Positions 36,013-44,881 of a stretch of 64,000 nt of DNA are shown piece after piece; positions within the stretch are counted from its first letter, which is position 1, and every line of letters starts with the position of its first letter. The stretch lies in contig CAIKOA010000016.1 of NCBI GenBank assembly GCA_903828955.1, positions 10,350-74,349 on the forward strand. Direction: 5' to 3'. The translations under genes were made by a program, and so were the position numbers. The notes under the pieces were generated by a model. That model was not told where the DNA came from and did no database searches. It saw only the letters and a list, made by a program, of their open reading frames with translations. This DNA is from an uncultured Candidatus Micrarchaeota archaeon (GTDB taxonomy: Archaea > Micrarchaeota > Micrarchaeia > Anstonellales > Bilamarchaeaceae).

Positions 36013-37101
36013 TTACCCCTTCTTTATCACGTGCACAACGTCCCCTTCCATAAGCACATGGTCGAGCCCGACCCTCTGCCCGGGAAATTTCACGCTTTTG
36101 CCCCAAATCAATGCATACCTGAAATTATTCCTGAAATCCTTGGGAAGGAACGAAACAAATTTCCCCACATTGTCCCCCTGGCGCAGCATCATTGGCTCAT
36201 TCATATTAACGCCCGCCGTCCTGGTTTTCGTATACACGCGCATAAACCTGAGCCCCTCATATATTTTCTCCCGCACTCCCTCAAGCCCAAGCCCCCTTTC
36301 TGCGCAAATCCCAATGGAACCCGGTGGATAGCCGGAGGGCACTTTCCCCCCGTTCAAATCCACCTTGTTAATCACAACCACCTTGTTTATGTAAACCCGG
36401 TTCTTCTCAAGCACATCAATCAATTGCTCAGGAGTAATGTCCTCCTTAATCGTAATGGTCGCGTTGTGCATCCCATACTGGTTCATTATCGCAATTATTT
36501 CCTGCTTGCTTATCCTCGTAAGCTTTCTCGCAGTAATTATCGAAATCCCGCCCTTTATGTCCTTCTTCATGTCCACGTTCGGAGGCCTTTCCCCGAGCCT
36601 TACCCCAACGTCCCAGAGCTCCTTCATGATCACGTCATAATCCTTCATCCTCGGGACCGCAAGCAAAATCAAAATCAGGTCCGCCTTCCTCGCAACCGAA
36701 AGCACTTCCCTTCCCCTTCCTTTCCCTTCCTGCGCGCCCTCGATAATTCCGGGAATATCCAGCAACTGTATTTTCGCAGACCTATACTCCATTATTCCGG
36801 GAATGCACTCCAAAGTAGTGAAATCATAAGCCGCAATCTTGCTCTTCGCATTGGTTAATCTGGTAAGCAAAGTGGATTTCCCCACGCTCGGAAAACCCAG
36901 CATAACTACAGTAGCGTCCCCCTGCTTCTTCACATCGAAGCCGCCCCCAACAATTTTGCGGCTTTTCCTCTCCATCACATCGCGCTGCAGCTGCGCCCTG
37001 CGCGCCAGGAGCGCCCCTATATGGTGCTCAGTAGCCTTGTTCCTTTTCGTTTTGTGGAGTTCTTCCGTAATCTCCTTTACCCTAGTCTCCGCATCCACCA
37101 T
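36013..37101 (-). CDS. Developmentally regulated GTP-binding protein (DRG/Rbg) with TGS domain
   Basis: GFPSVGKSTLLTRLTN, YDFTTLECIPG, LLDIPGIIEGA, NKVD, and C-terminal TGS-like GDVVHVIKK. Confidence 0.9.
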   Translation of the reverse strand: MVDAETRVKEITEELHKTKRNKATEHHIGALLARRAQLQRDVMERKSRKIVGGGFDVKKQGDATVVMLGFPSVGKSTLLTRLTNAKSKIAAYDFTTLECIPGIMEYRSAKIQLLDIPGIIEGAQEGKGRGREVLSVARKADLILILLAVPRMKDYDVIMKELWDVGVRLGERPPNVDMKKDIKGGISIITARKLTRISKQEIIAIMNQYGMHNATITIKEDITPEQLIDVLEKNRVYINKVVVINKVDLNGGKVPSGYPPGSIGICAERGLGLEGVREKIYEGLRFMRVYTKTRTAGVNMNEPMMLRQGDNVGKFVSFLPKDFRNNFRYALIWGKSVKFPGQRVGLDHVLMEGDVVHVIKKG

Positions 37102-37161
37102 TTTAATCTCATCCTAGATTACTAGGATAGGCTTTTATATTTCATCTTCCATTTCGTTTCC

Positions 37162-39534
37162 ATGTGTAACGTGGTGCTCGAAGGGACAAGGGCAGTCCTC
37201 GACATGGCAAAATGCCCGTTTGAATTCGCCTCTGCGGAATTCCTGAATTTCCACCTTAAAGACCTCTCAACAATAAGCGACCCGATCCGCACAATCCGCT
37301 ATGAAGAGGAAGTAATGATTGAACTGGACGAGCAGAAAACCTCTATCCTCATCGAATACGCCTCCGTAATCAAACAAGTTGAAGCCCTTCTTCTGCGCAG
37401 GGACATCTACGGCCTTGAGCAGGATGAAAACTACCTGAACCGGAAGAAACTGCTCCGCGAGTTCTACGAATTCATGTTCATGAACCCGCTCATTGCCGCA
37501 AACAAACTGCGCGACTACAAGGAGATGACTCCAGAACGCTCTGTATTCATGAAGGGCCACCAGACCTTCAAGGCCTGGGTGAACGGAATCCTGAAAAGGT
37601 TCACCGCAAGCGCGCTCTACCAGCTCACTGAAAAAACCGGGGACATCCGCACCGCATTCCTTTCCCTCACCGGGTTGCGCTCGCTATATTTCGTGCAATC
37701 CCTTGTCCTGGACAAACCCCCCGGCGCAAAGCCGCTCGAAGGCCCCGAAGCTAATTATCCATTGGGTTTCGGAATCCGCGTCCAGGTTTACGAGGTTCCA
37801 GGCTCAGACGCATACCTCTACGTCCAGGAAAACGAAATGATAAACAGCCTTCCCCCAGAACTCGGAAAAATGGTGAAGCGCACAATTGAGGAGCAGATGA
37901 AGGAAAATTTCCCGGCTGAAAAATTCGACATCCTTTTCCAATTAAAAACAAGGGAATACCGCCAGCAATTCATGGATGACGCAATCAAAAATAATATTCC
38001 AATAACCCCGGAGCAGGCCCTTGCAATGGGCAGGGAAGCTGCCTCATGGGTAGTCGGCCTCGGGGACCCGATCGAGAACCTCGCCCTGGACAAGAAAAAC
38101 GTCACCGATATTTACATAGACAGCGAAGACTCGCCCATTTACATAGAGCACGCAAAATTCGGAATCTGCCACACCCTTTACCGGTACAATCGCGACCTTC
38201 TTCTCCGCGCATTCCGCAACATCGTCCTTTCCGAAAAAGGAAAGAAGTTCGATGACATGAACCCGGTAGTGGACGTAGTAGTAACGAGGCACTCGATGCG
38301 TTGCCACATGCAGCGCCCCCCCGCAACCTTCCGCGAGCTCCAGGGCGCACTCCGCATTATGCAGGACGAGCCCTTCACTTATGCCCAATACCTCTACTTC
38401 AAGTCGTTTTCACCGTTCTTCTGCGGCTACGACGATGTTATGGTAACCCTTGGCTGCAGCGAAGCGGTCCTGGGCCTCAAAGGAGTCGGAAAAACCGCAT
38501 TCACTTCCGCAAAAATTGCGGCAATCGGAACCAAGAAAAGAATAATCCCAATCCAGGACATTGAAGAAATCCCGGTCCGCGCATTCAGAAAGCGCGGCTT
38601 CCACATTGGCGCCGCAAAAGTAAAATCCTCAATTGGGGATGAAACCGGCCCGCCTACCGGGGAACTCGACCTGGTTGCAATGGCGAACGCCCTTCTGCGG
38701 ATGGGAGACGCTGCCCTAGTAATCAACGAAATCCGCTCGCGCGTTGCAGTACAGGGAGTAATCAACCTCCTGAACACCCAACCCGGAGTATTCCTTCTCT
38801 ACAACCTGCACGCAGAATCCCTTCGGGATGTGCAGGACCGCCTAGAACTCGTTTTCGGAATTCCGGGCGCAAGCATGTACGCAACCGACCGCTACTCTTT
38901 CCTAAAAAAAGTCCGCTTCGGAAGAAAGGGAAGGGTGTATCGGGTTCTTGGTTACGAATATGAATCCGACCCCGAGCACAGGAAATTCGAGGAGGTTTTC
39001 CGCTACAGGAGAGGCCCAACAATAGATGAATGCGTGCTCGAAGCAAAGTTTCTCCGCAACCCCGAAGCCGAAAAATATGATTTCACCAACATAAGCGTTG
39101 GAAAACTCGAAAAGGAGCTGGATATCCAGTTCATCCCGCCCGTCCTTCAGCGCAGGTGCACCGAAACAGGCATTTCCCCAGAGCAATACATTCTCCAGTC
39201 TTTCCTAAAGGGAAAAATGTACGACCAGATTTACCGCATAAGCATGCTGGAAGGGAACACATACGCGCGCGAACTCGATTTCATAGTGGATGTAAACACA
39301 GAAGTGAACCGCATGCTTGGGTTGATTGAGAATGAAAACGGCTCGGTTGAATACGGCCGCGCGGAAAAGGAAGTGGACGCAATCATAAAGGAGCGCCTAA
39401 AGCAGGAAGCCGCGCTGCGCGTAATAAACGCCAAATCCGCCTCTCAGCAGGTGGCCGTTACCCAGGAGCTTGCAGGGGACAAAATGAAAGCCGAGACTCC
39501 AGAAAACTACCAGGAAAAAGCCGACGAAGAGTAA
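37162..39534 (+). CDS. Large divergent type II/IV secretion-family ATPase (FlaI/VirB11/PilB-like)
   Basis: GLGDPIENLALDKKNVTDIYIDSEDSPIYIEH (T2SSE N-domain pattern). P-loop GLKGVGKT. RIIPIQDIEEIP (compare RIVTIEDTPEL). Walker B/Asp box ALVINEIRS. His-box-like LYNLHAES. It has extensions of about 280 aa N-terminal and about 200 aa C-terminal. Confidence 0.6.
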   Translation: MCNVVLEGTRAVLDMAKCPFEFASAEFLNFHLKDLSTISDPIRTIRYEEEVMIELDEQKTSILIEYASVIKQVEALLLRRDIYGLEQDENYLNRKKLLREFYEFMFMNPLIAANKLRDYKEMTPERSVFMKGHQTFKAWVNGILKRFTASALYQLTEKTGDIRTAFLSLTGLRSLYFVQSLVLDKPPGAKPLEGPEANYPLGFGIRVQVYEVPGSDAYLYVQENEMINSLPPELGKMVKRTIEEQMKENFPAEKFDILFQLKTREYRQQFMDDAIKNNIPITPEQALAMGREAASWVVGLGDPIENLALDKKNVTDIYIDSEDSPIYIEHAKFGICHTLYRYNRDLLLRAFRNIVLSEKGKKFDDMNPVVDVVVTRHSMRCHMQRPPATFRELQGALRIMQDEPFTYAQYLYFKSFSPFFCGYDDVMVTLGCSEAVLGLKGVGKTAFTSAKIAAIGTKKRIIPIQDIEEIPVRAFRKRGFHIGAAKVKSSIGDETGPPTGELDLVAMANALLRMGDAALVINEIRSRVAVQGVINLLNTQPGVFLLYNLHAESLRDVQDRLELVFGIPGASMYATDRYSFLKKVRFGRKGRVYRVLGYEYESDPEHRKFEEVFRYRRGPTIDECVLEAKFLRNPEAEKYDFTNISVGKLEKELDIQFIPPVLQRRCTETGISPEQYILQSFLKGKMYDQIYRISMLEGNTYARELDFIVDVNTEVNRMLGLIENENGSVEYGRAEKEVDAIIKERLKQEAALRVINAKSASQQVAVTQELAGDKMKAETPENYQEKADEE

Positions 39535-39620
39535 ACTTTTTTGTCCTTCTGCAGTAGCCGGGCAAATACCGTTTTGGCTTTCTGCCCACTTACGGCAAAA
39601 CGGTTATCCAAAACCCTTAG

Positions 39621-39642
39621 AGGTTCCAACTAAACCTTTTTT
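39621..39642 (+). terminator. Hairpin plus T6 tract downstream of the ATPase gene
   Basis: AGGTT-CCAACTA-AACCT followed by a TTTTTT run, 87 nt after the stop at 39534. Confidence 0.35.
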
Positions 39643-39690
39643 ATGCCAAAGTAATATCTGGATACTGGTTTTTCTTTTAGGTGCGATTAG

Positions 39691-39717
39691 CCTTTTCTTT
39701 TTCCCAAAAAGAAAAGG
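39691..39717. terminator. Perfect 12-bp palindromic hairpin with oligo-T arms between convergent genes
   Basis: CCTTTTCTTTTT-CCC-AAAAAGAAAAGG. It reads as a T-rich tract plus hairpin on both strands and lies between the convergent genes ending at 39534 (+) and 39834 (-). Confidence 0.35.
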
Positions 39718-39833
39718 ATGGTCACAAAACCCGCGGCATACTTTTCTTTGCAGCTCCCTGTCCATCTCCTGAGGCTGCCCTTGAAACCCCTCGAACATCT
39801 CCTTACGCGTTATTCCTTTTCAGAATTATCTAA

Positions 39834-40619
39834 TTAGACTGCAGTATTCGCGGCCTGCGCCACCGCCTTCTGCCCAAACTCCTTAATCAGTATTTTGTGC
39901 ACCCCGCTCCCATACTGGAATGCCTTCTTCTTTCTTTTTACCGCGATTTCCGGAACTCCCAGGAAGTGCGCCGCCTCCCGAAGCGGCCCTTTCTTCAATT
40001 CCCGGTCCTCCATTCGGACGGCAAGCGGAATTGAAAACGCCTTTTCCGCAAGCCCCCTGGAATAGAATGGGAATCTCGCCTCAATCCCGTGCTTCCTCAC
40101 CACTTTCTTCATCAATGCAATATCGCGGTTCTTGAGCGTCTCAAATTCCTCCTTAAGGATCGCATCCAGGTCCTTCCCCTCGCTCCAATAGGTATAATAC
40201 CGCTCATACCCCACAAACAATTCCTCAGAGCCCGACCCAATAAGGAGCACATTTATCCCCCTCTGCGCAGCCATTTCCGAAAGCGCATAAAGGGGCGCGA
40301 CAATCTCAATCTTCAGGAAGTCCCCGCTTACAACCTGCTCGGTTTTCCTGTAATAATCCATAACCTCATGCGGAGAGAGTATTCTCTTATGCAAAGGAAG
40401 CCCAAGTTCACGCGCAACAATTTCCGAATAAACAATGTCTTCGCTCTTTTCCACTCCCACTGAGAAAAGTTCGACCTCACACATCTCTTTTGCGACCTTT
40501 GCGATTATCGTGCTGTCAAGGCCCCCTGAAAAGGCAATCCCGACCTTGTCCTCAAGGCATTCATTCACAGAACGCTCAATTTCGCGGGCAAGGTCTATCA
40601 TTGACATGGGGGTTACCAC
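39834..40619 (-). CDS. Asparagine synthase C-terminal-domain-like PP-loop ATPase
   Basis: PP-loop AFSGGLDSTIIA. LIGSGSEELFVGYERY resembles the AsnB synthetase domain. No glutaminase domain. Confidence 0.7.
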   Translation of the reverse strand: MVTPMSMIDLAREIERSVNECLEDKVGIAFSGGLDSTIIAKVAKEMCEVELFSVGVEKSEDIVYSEIVARELGLPLHKRILSPHEVMDYYRKTEQVVSGDFLKIEIVAPLYALSEMAAQRGINVLLIGSGSEELFVGYERYYTYWSEGKDLDAILKEEFETLKNRDIALMKKVVRKHGIEARFPFYSRGLAEKAFSIPLAVRMEDRELKKGPLREAAHFLGVPEIAVKRKKKAFQYGSGVHKILIKEFGQKAVAQAANTAV

Positions 40620-40700
40620 CTATTCTATCCTCTGTTCTGGAATCCTGCTGTTTCGAAGCCTATACGCTGCACTCCTTGTGCGTGCGCTTCAAAACGTCAA

Positions 40701-40814
40701 CGGGCTCGGGGGGATATCCAGGAAGATAAAATCCTTTTCAAAATTACCTTCCATTTGAACCCCCGACCTACACCTTAGGAGAGTGCCGCGCTATCCAGGC
40801 TGCGCTACGAGCCC
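40701..40814 (-). tRNA. tRNA-Arg (anticodon CCU) with a 39-nt intron in the T-loop
   Basis: Minus strand reads GGGCTCG TA GCGC AGCCTGGATA GCGC G GCACT CTCCTAA GGTGT AGGTC GGGGG TTCAAAT [intron 40752..40714: GGAAGGTAATTTTGAAAAGGATTTTATCTTCCTGGATAT] CCCCC CGAGCCC G. All four stems pair once the intron is removed. CCA is not encoded. Intron borders are ambiguous by 2 nt because of the AT repeat. Confidence 0.85.
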
Positions 40815-40941
40815 ATTTAAGGGTTTAATTTATGGTCTATTTTGTTTTAAATATCTTTTCATTAGCCATTATCCTTCCTTCGCCATTTGACGCACCAATT
40901 CTCTTTTAAACGTTCCCCGCCTATACCCAATCGGTATTTCT

Positions 40942-41745
40942 ATGCACCTAAATGATGTTCTTTCCCAGCTTGAAATACGGGAACTCCCCTCCCTCTACCC
41001 CCACGAGCAGACCATTCCCAAGAACCTTAAGCGCTTGCAGGAGGCAATGTTCAACACAGGCCACATGGTCGACCCAATCCTCATAGATAAAAAAACCGGA
41101 GTGGTCCTGGACGGAAACCACCGCTATGCAGTTCTCAAGGCAATAGAAATCCCGAATGCAGTGGTACAGATTGTTGATTACGAATCCAGGGAAATAGGCC
41201 TGGGAACCTGGATTCCCGTCTGCGAAAACCACCTTTCAATTTCCGATTTCCAGAAACTCGGCGAAAAGACCGAAACCGTGGATTACGAAACCGGAAAAAA
41301 GGCAGTGGATTCCCTTCATGCAATTTTCATGATGGTTAGGGAAAAGAGCGGGAAGAAGGAATGCACCCTGGTCTCCAACGGAAGCTACGACGTGGTTTCA
41401 ATGACCGAAAAACAGAAGGGCATCGTATCAGCCCTTTCCGCCTTCCCGTTCGAATATTACCCTGACGATAAGGTTAATGAGCATCTGAAAGAGGGAAGGA
41501 CAATCCTTTACAGGCGCTCCTACACAAAAAAAGAAGTGGTGCAGGAAGCGCTCGCGGGAAGGCCGTTTCCCCCCAAATCCACAAGGCACACGATTCCGGA
41601 CCGCATCATCCGCCTGAATATGCGCCTCGGCTGGCTCCTTGAAGAGAAGAACGCAGCCTATGAGCTCCTGAAAGAGATGCTCAGCCACCGTGTTTACTCA
41701 GGAAATGTGCGCCGCTACCCAGAACCCGTCATAGTCATCTATTGA
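40942..41745 (+). CDS. ParB/sulfiredoxin-fold protein (candidate SerK-like serine kinase)
   Basis: LYPHEQT...DPILIDKKTGVVLDGNHRYAVLKA, with DGNHR at 41110..41124. First gene of an operon with the aminotransferase and dehydrogenase. Functional assignment is an inference. Confidence 0.5.
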   Translation: MHLNDVLSQLEIRELPSLYPHEQTIPKNLKRLQEAMFNTGHMVDPILIDKKTGVVLDGNHRYAVLKAIEIPNAVVQIVDYESREIGLGTWIPVCENHLSISDFQKLGEKTETVDYETGKKAVDSLHAIFMMVREKSGKKECTLVSNGSYDVVSMTEKQKGIVSALSAFPFEYYPDDKVNEHLKEGRTILYRRSYTKKEVVQEALAGRPFPPKSTRHTIPDRIIRLNMRLGWLLEEKNAAYELLKEMLSHRVYSGNVRRYPEPVIVIY

Positions 41746-41752
41746 AGGAGGT

Positions 41753-42823
41753 ATGAACATGTCATTATTGTTAAGCCCGGGCCCGGTAAGGGTTCCTGAA
41801 GAAGTATTGCTTGAGCAGGCAAGGCCCATGATTACGCACAGGAGCAAAGGTTTCTCCGAGCTCTACAGCAACATTTGCACCCGGCTCAAAACCTACCTAA
41901 ATTCCGAAGAGGTTTACGTGCTCACAGGCTCCGGAACGCTCGCCAACGAAACCAACATTCTCAACTGCTGCCTCCCAAAGGAGAAAGTCCTCGTCCTCTT
42001 AAATGGAGAATTCGGGGACCGCCTCGCGGAAATCGCAGGCATCTACGGAACGCTCGAAAAGCACTCAATCCCTGCAGGAAAAGGCTGGGACCTTAAGAAG
42101 GCAAAACCCATCATTGATTCTTCAGACGCAACCGTTTTCGCAATGGTCTATAACGAAACCGGCTACGGCGTGCGCAACAACACAAAGGAGATTTTCCAGT
42201 ACGCAAAGAAGAAGGGGATGATGACAATTATGGACTCGGTTTCCGGCTGGCCAGCAATGCCATTTGACCAGAAGGAATTTATGGTGGATTTCTTCGCAAC
42301 CGCCTCCCAAAAGGCGCTCGGCGCGCCCCCAGGAATGGGGATAGTCTCCCTTTCCCGTGATGCAATCGAAAGGATTGAATCCAGGGACAAAATCCCCTCA
42401 GTTTACTGCAATTTGCATAAACACCGCGAAAACTACCAGAAAAACCAGCAGACCCCCAGCACGCCAGCCATAAGCATCTACTATTCTCTGCGCAAATGCC
42501 TGGACATAATCGACCGCGAAGGCGGAATCGAAAAATGGGCGCAAAAGCACAAGGCAGCTTCCGAATACGTGCAATCCCGCGTAAAAGGGATGGGCTTCAA
42601 ATTAATTCCAGAGCCCGGCTGCGAATCCTGGTCGCTCACCGCCTTCTACTGTGATAATGCAGAAGAAATAAAGAAGGCAATGCTAGAAAAATACAAGATT
42701 ACAATCGTCGGGTGCAAAGGCGAACTTAAGGGAAAAGGGCTGCGCATTGCGCACATGGGCAATTTCCAGATGGAGGATCTGGAATTCTGCCTAGATGCCC
42801 TTGAAAAACTGGCGAAAAAATAA
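41753..42823 (+). CDS. Class V aminotransferase (phosphoserine / serine-pyruvate aminotransferase type)
   Basis: LLSPGPVRVPEEVL, THRSKGFSELY and PLP-lysine context SQKALGAPPGMG. Strong SD GAAGGAGGT directly after the upstream stop. Confidence 0.85.
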   Translation: MNMSLLLSPGPVRVPEEVLLEQARPMITHRSKGFSELYSNICTRLKTYLNSEEVYVLTGSGTLANETNILNCCLPKEKVLVLLNGEFGDRLAEIAGIYGTLEKHSIPAGKGWDLKKAKPIIDSSDATVFAMVYNETGYGVRNNTKEIFQYAKKKGMMTIMDSVSGWPAMPFDQKEFMVDFFATASQKALGAPPGMGIVSLSRDAIERIESRDKIPSVYCNLHKHRENYQKNQQTPSTPAISIYYSLRKCLDIIDREGGIEKWAQKHKAASEYVQSRVKGMGFKLIPEPGCESWSLTAFYCDNAEEIKKAMLEKYKITIVGCKGELKGKGLRIAHMGNFQMEDLEFCLDALEKLAKK

Positions 42824-42831
42824 GGGAGGGA

Positions 42832-43719
42832 ATGCACATGAAAGTCGTAATCGCAGATGATATGCAGGAAAAAGCACTGGAACTCCTAAAGGAAACCCGC
42901 GCAGAAATAGTCTACAAGCCCCCTTCCCTTAAAGATGCCCTTGAAGATGCAGACATCCTCATTGTGCGCAGCGCAACCAAAGTGACCGCAGACCTGATTT
43001 CCAATTCCAAAAAGCTGAAATTGGTCGCCCGCGGCGGCGTAGGCCTAGACAATGTGGACCTAGAAGCCTGCAAAAAGAAAGGGATCGAAGTCCTGAACAC
43101 CCCTGGCGCCTCCACAAACTCAGTCGCCGAGCTCGCAATCGGCTTGATGTTCTCCTGCGCCCGCAACATCGCCCGCTCGACCCACGGGATAAAGGAAGGA
43201 AAATGGCAAAAATCCCTTCCAGGCACCGAGCTCGCAGGAAAAACCCTCGGAGTAATCGGCTGCGGAAAAATTGGCCTTGCGGTTGCGGAAAAAGCCCGCC
43301 ATCTGGGCATGCACGTAATCGGCTACAACCCGCCCCCAAAGCCCGTTTCTTCGGTAGTTGAACTAATGGATCTGGATGAGGTCTATAAACGCGCAGACAT
43401 TATTTCCCTGCACGTCCCCATCCACCCCACAACCGAGAAAATGATAAACGCCCAATCAATCGCCAAAATGAAGGACGGAGTAATAATCATAAATACCTCC
43501 CGCGGCCAGGTAATAGATGAAGATTCACTCTATGATGGGTGCAAAAGCGGAAAGGTGCGCGCCGCAGCCCTGGATGTTTACTGGGAGGAGCCCTACAAGG
43601 GGAAACTGCTCGAACTGGACAACGTTTGCTTCACCCCGCACATAGGCGCCTCCACTGAAGAAGCGCAGGCGCGCATAGGCGGAGAGCTTGCAACAATAGT
43701 TTCCTCAAGGATGAAATAA
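42832..43719 (+). CDS. D-isomer-specific 2-hydroxyacid dehydrogenase (3-phosphoglycerate dehydrogenase / hydroxypyruvate reductase type, no ACT domain)
   Basis: NAD-binding GVIGCGKIGLAVAEKA, catalytic region INTSRGQVIDE and FTPHIGAST. SD GGGAGGG upstream. Confidence 0.85.
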   Translation: MHMKVVIADDMQEKALELLKETRAEIVYKPPSLKDALEDADILIVRSATKVTADLISNSKKLKLVARGGVGLDNVDLEACKKKGIEVLNTPGASTNSVAELAIGLMFSCARNIARSTHGIKEGKWQKSLPGTELAGKTLGVIGCGKIGLAVAEKARHLGMHVIGYNPPPKPVSSVVELMDLDEVYKRADIISLHVPIHPTTEKMINAQSIAKMKDGVIIINTSRGQVIDEDSLYDGCKSGKVRAAALDVYWEEPYKGKLLELDNVCFTPHIGASTEEAQARIGGELATIVSSRMK

Positions 43720-43738
43720 TAAGATATCTGGGATAGGA

Positions 43739-44242
43739 ATGAAGGAAATGGCAATGAGCTGGGAAGAAGCGGAAAACGCAGTTGCGCAGATTGCGGAAAA
43801 AGTGAATTCCGCGCCCTTCAAGCCCGACCTAATAATCGGAATAAGCCGCGGAGGCCTAGTTCCCGCCCGCATTCTCTCGGACATTCTCGGAAACCGCGAA
43901 CTCTACGTAATCCGCATCGGCTTCTACACGGAGGCCGGAAAAATAACAAAGGAGCCGAAAATTCTGCAAGACATTCCGATAGATGTCTACGGAAAGAAGA
44001 TCCTTCTCATAGACGATATTTCTGATACCGGCGGAAGCTTCAGGACCGCAGTCGCCCACTTGGAAACGAGGGGCGCATCCGTAATAAAAACCGCGTCCCT
44101 CCACCTGAAATCCACCTCCTCATTCAAGCCGGACTTTTTTATCTACACGACCGATTCATGGATAATTTACCCCTGGGAAAAGCATGAATTCGAAAGCGAA
44201 ACCGGCAGGAAAGCTAAGCCCAACCCAAAGGTGAGCAAATGA
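43739..44242 (+). CDS. Purine phosphoribosyltransferase (Hpt/Gpt-like)
   Basis: PRPP-binding motif KILLIDDISDTGGSF. About 165 aa, typical of the archaeal enzymes. Confidence 0.75.
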   Translation: MKEMAMSWEEAENAVAQIAEKVNSAPFKPDLIIGISRGGLVPARILSDILGNRELYVIRIGFYTEAGKITKEPKILQDIPIDVYGKKILLIDDISDTGGSFRTAVAHLETRGASVIKTASLHLKSTSSFKPDFFIYTTDSWIIYPWEKHEFESETGRKAKPNPKVSK

Positions 44243-44847
44243 CCCTCGACCCAAAGCCCTACCACCTGTACATGGTTGCCCTCACTTTTTTCAATTTGCT
44301 CATTTTCGCAACCCCCTTCCTTGTAATCTATGCGCAGCCCGTAGGAACCCTTCTTTTCACCGGATTCTCCTACACCTGCCACCAGCTCGCTTCCCGCTCG
44401 TACTGCTTCTATTCCGCAGATGGCGGAATAGGCAACTGCCCGTACCTCTACACGCGCGCCCCGGAATTGAATTCGGAAAAAGGCCCTGCCTACGAATTCC
44501 CGGTCTGCGCCCGCGACATTGCAATCTATCTAGGCGCCTGGATTTCGGGAATTGCGGTCTATTTCACAAAATGGAAGGACGCAAAACACACGCCAAACCC
44601 GATCTTCTTCATTCTCGCCCTCATTCCAATTGCAATTGATGGCGGCACCCAGCTCATTGGATTGCGCGAGAGCACGAACGAGCTCCGCATGCTCACCGGA
44701 ATGATTGCGGGGCTCGCGTTCTCCTTCTACTTCGTCCCCATGCTGAATGCAATCCTTCTCAGGAACGAGCCCCCCAGACAACCCGCCCCAAAAGAGGAGC
44801 CTGAAGAAGCAAGAATAAAAAAGCGCAAAAGCAGAAATAGGAAATAG
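44239..44847 (+). CDS. DUF2085 membrane protein
   Basis: CHQLASRSYCF and FPVCARDIAIYLGAW match the CHQ..RSF / CARCTGIY signature I recall. ATGA overlap with the upstream gene. Confidence 0.65.
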   Translation: MTLDPKPYHLYMVALTFFNLLIFATPFLVIYAQPVGTLLFTGFSYTCHQLASRSYCFYSADGGIGNCPYLYTRAPELNSEKGPAYEFPVCARDIAIYLGAWISGIAVYFTKWKDAKHTPNPIFFILALIPIAIDGGTQLIGLRESTNELRMLTGMIAGLAFSFYFVPMLNAILLRNEPPRQPAPKEEPEEARIKKRKSRNRK

Positions 44848-44881
44848 ACTAATTCTAAAATAAAACGAAAAAGTGAAAAAT

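Noticed and set aside
36031-36858. 275-aa plus-strand ORF
   Set aside because: Antisense to the DRG GTPase gene. Pro/His/Asn-rich composition that does not look protein-like.
39604-39798. 64-aa minus-strand ORF in the convergent spacer
   Set aside because: Its reading frame is largely generated by the 12-bp T/A palindrome and flanking hairpins. No start context and no homolog recognised.
40435-40758. ORFs 40435..40758 (+) and 40490..40729 (+)
   Set aside because: They run antisense across the 5-prime end of the AsnB-like gene and into the tRNA-Arg gene, including its intron.
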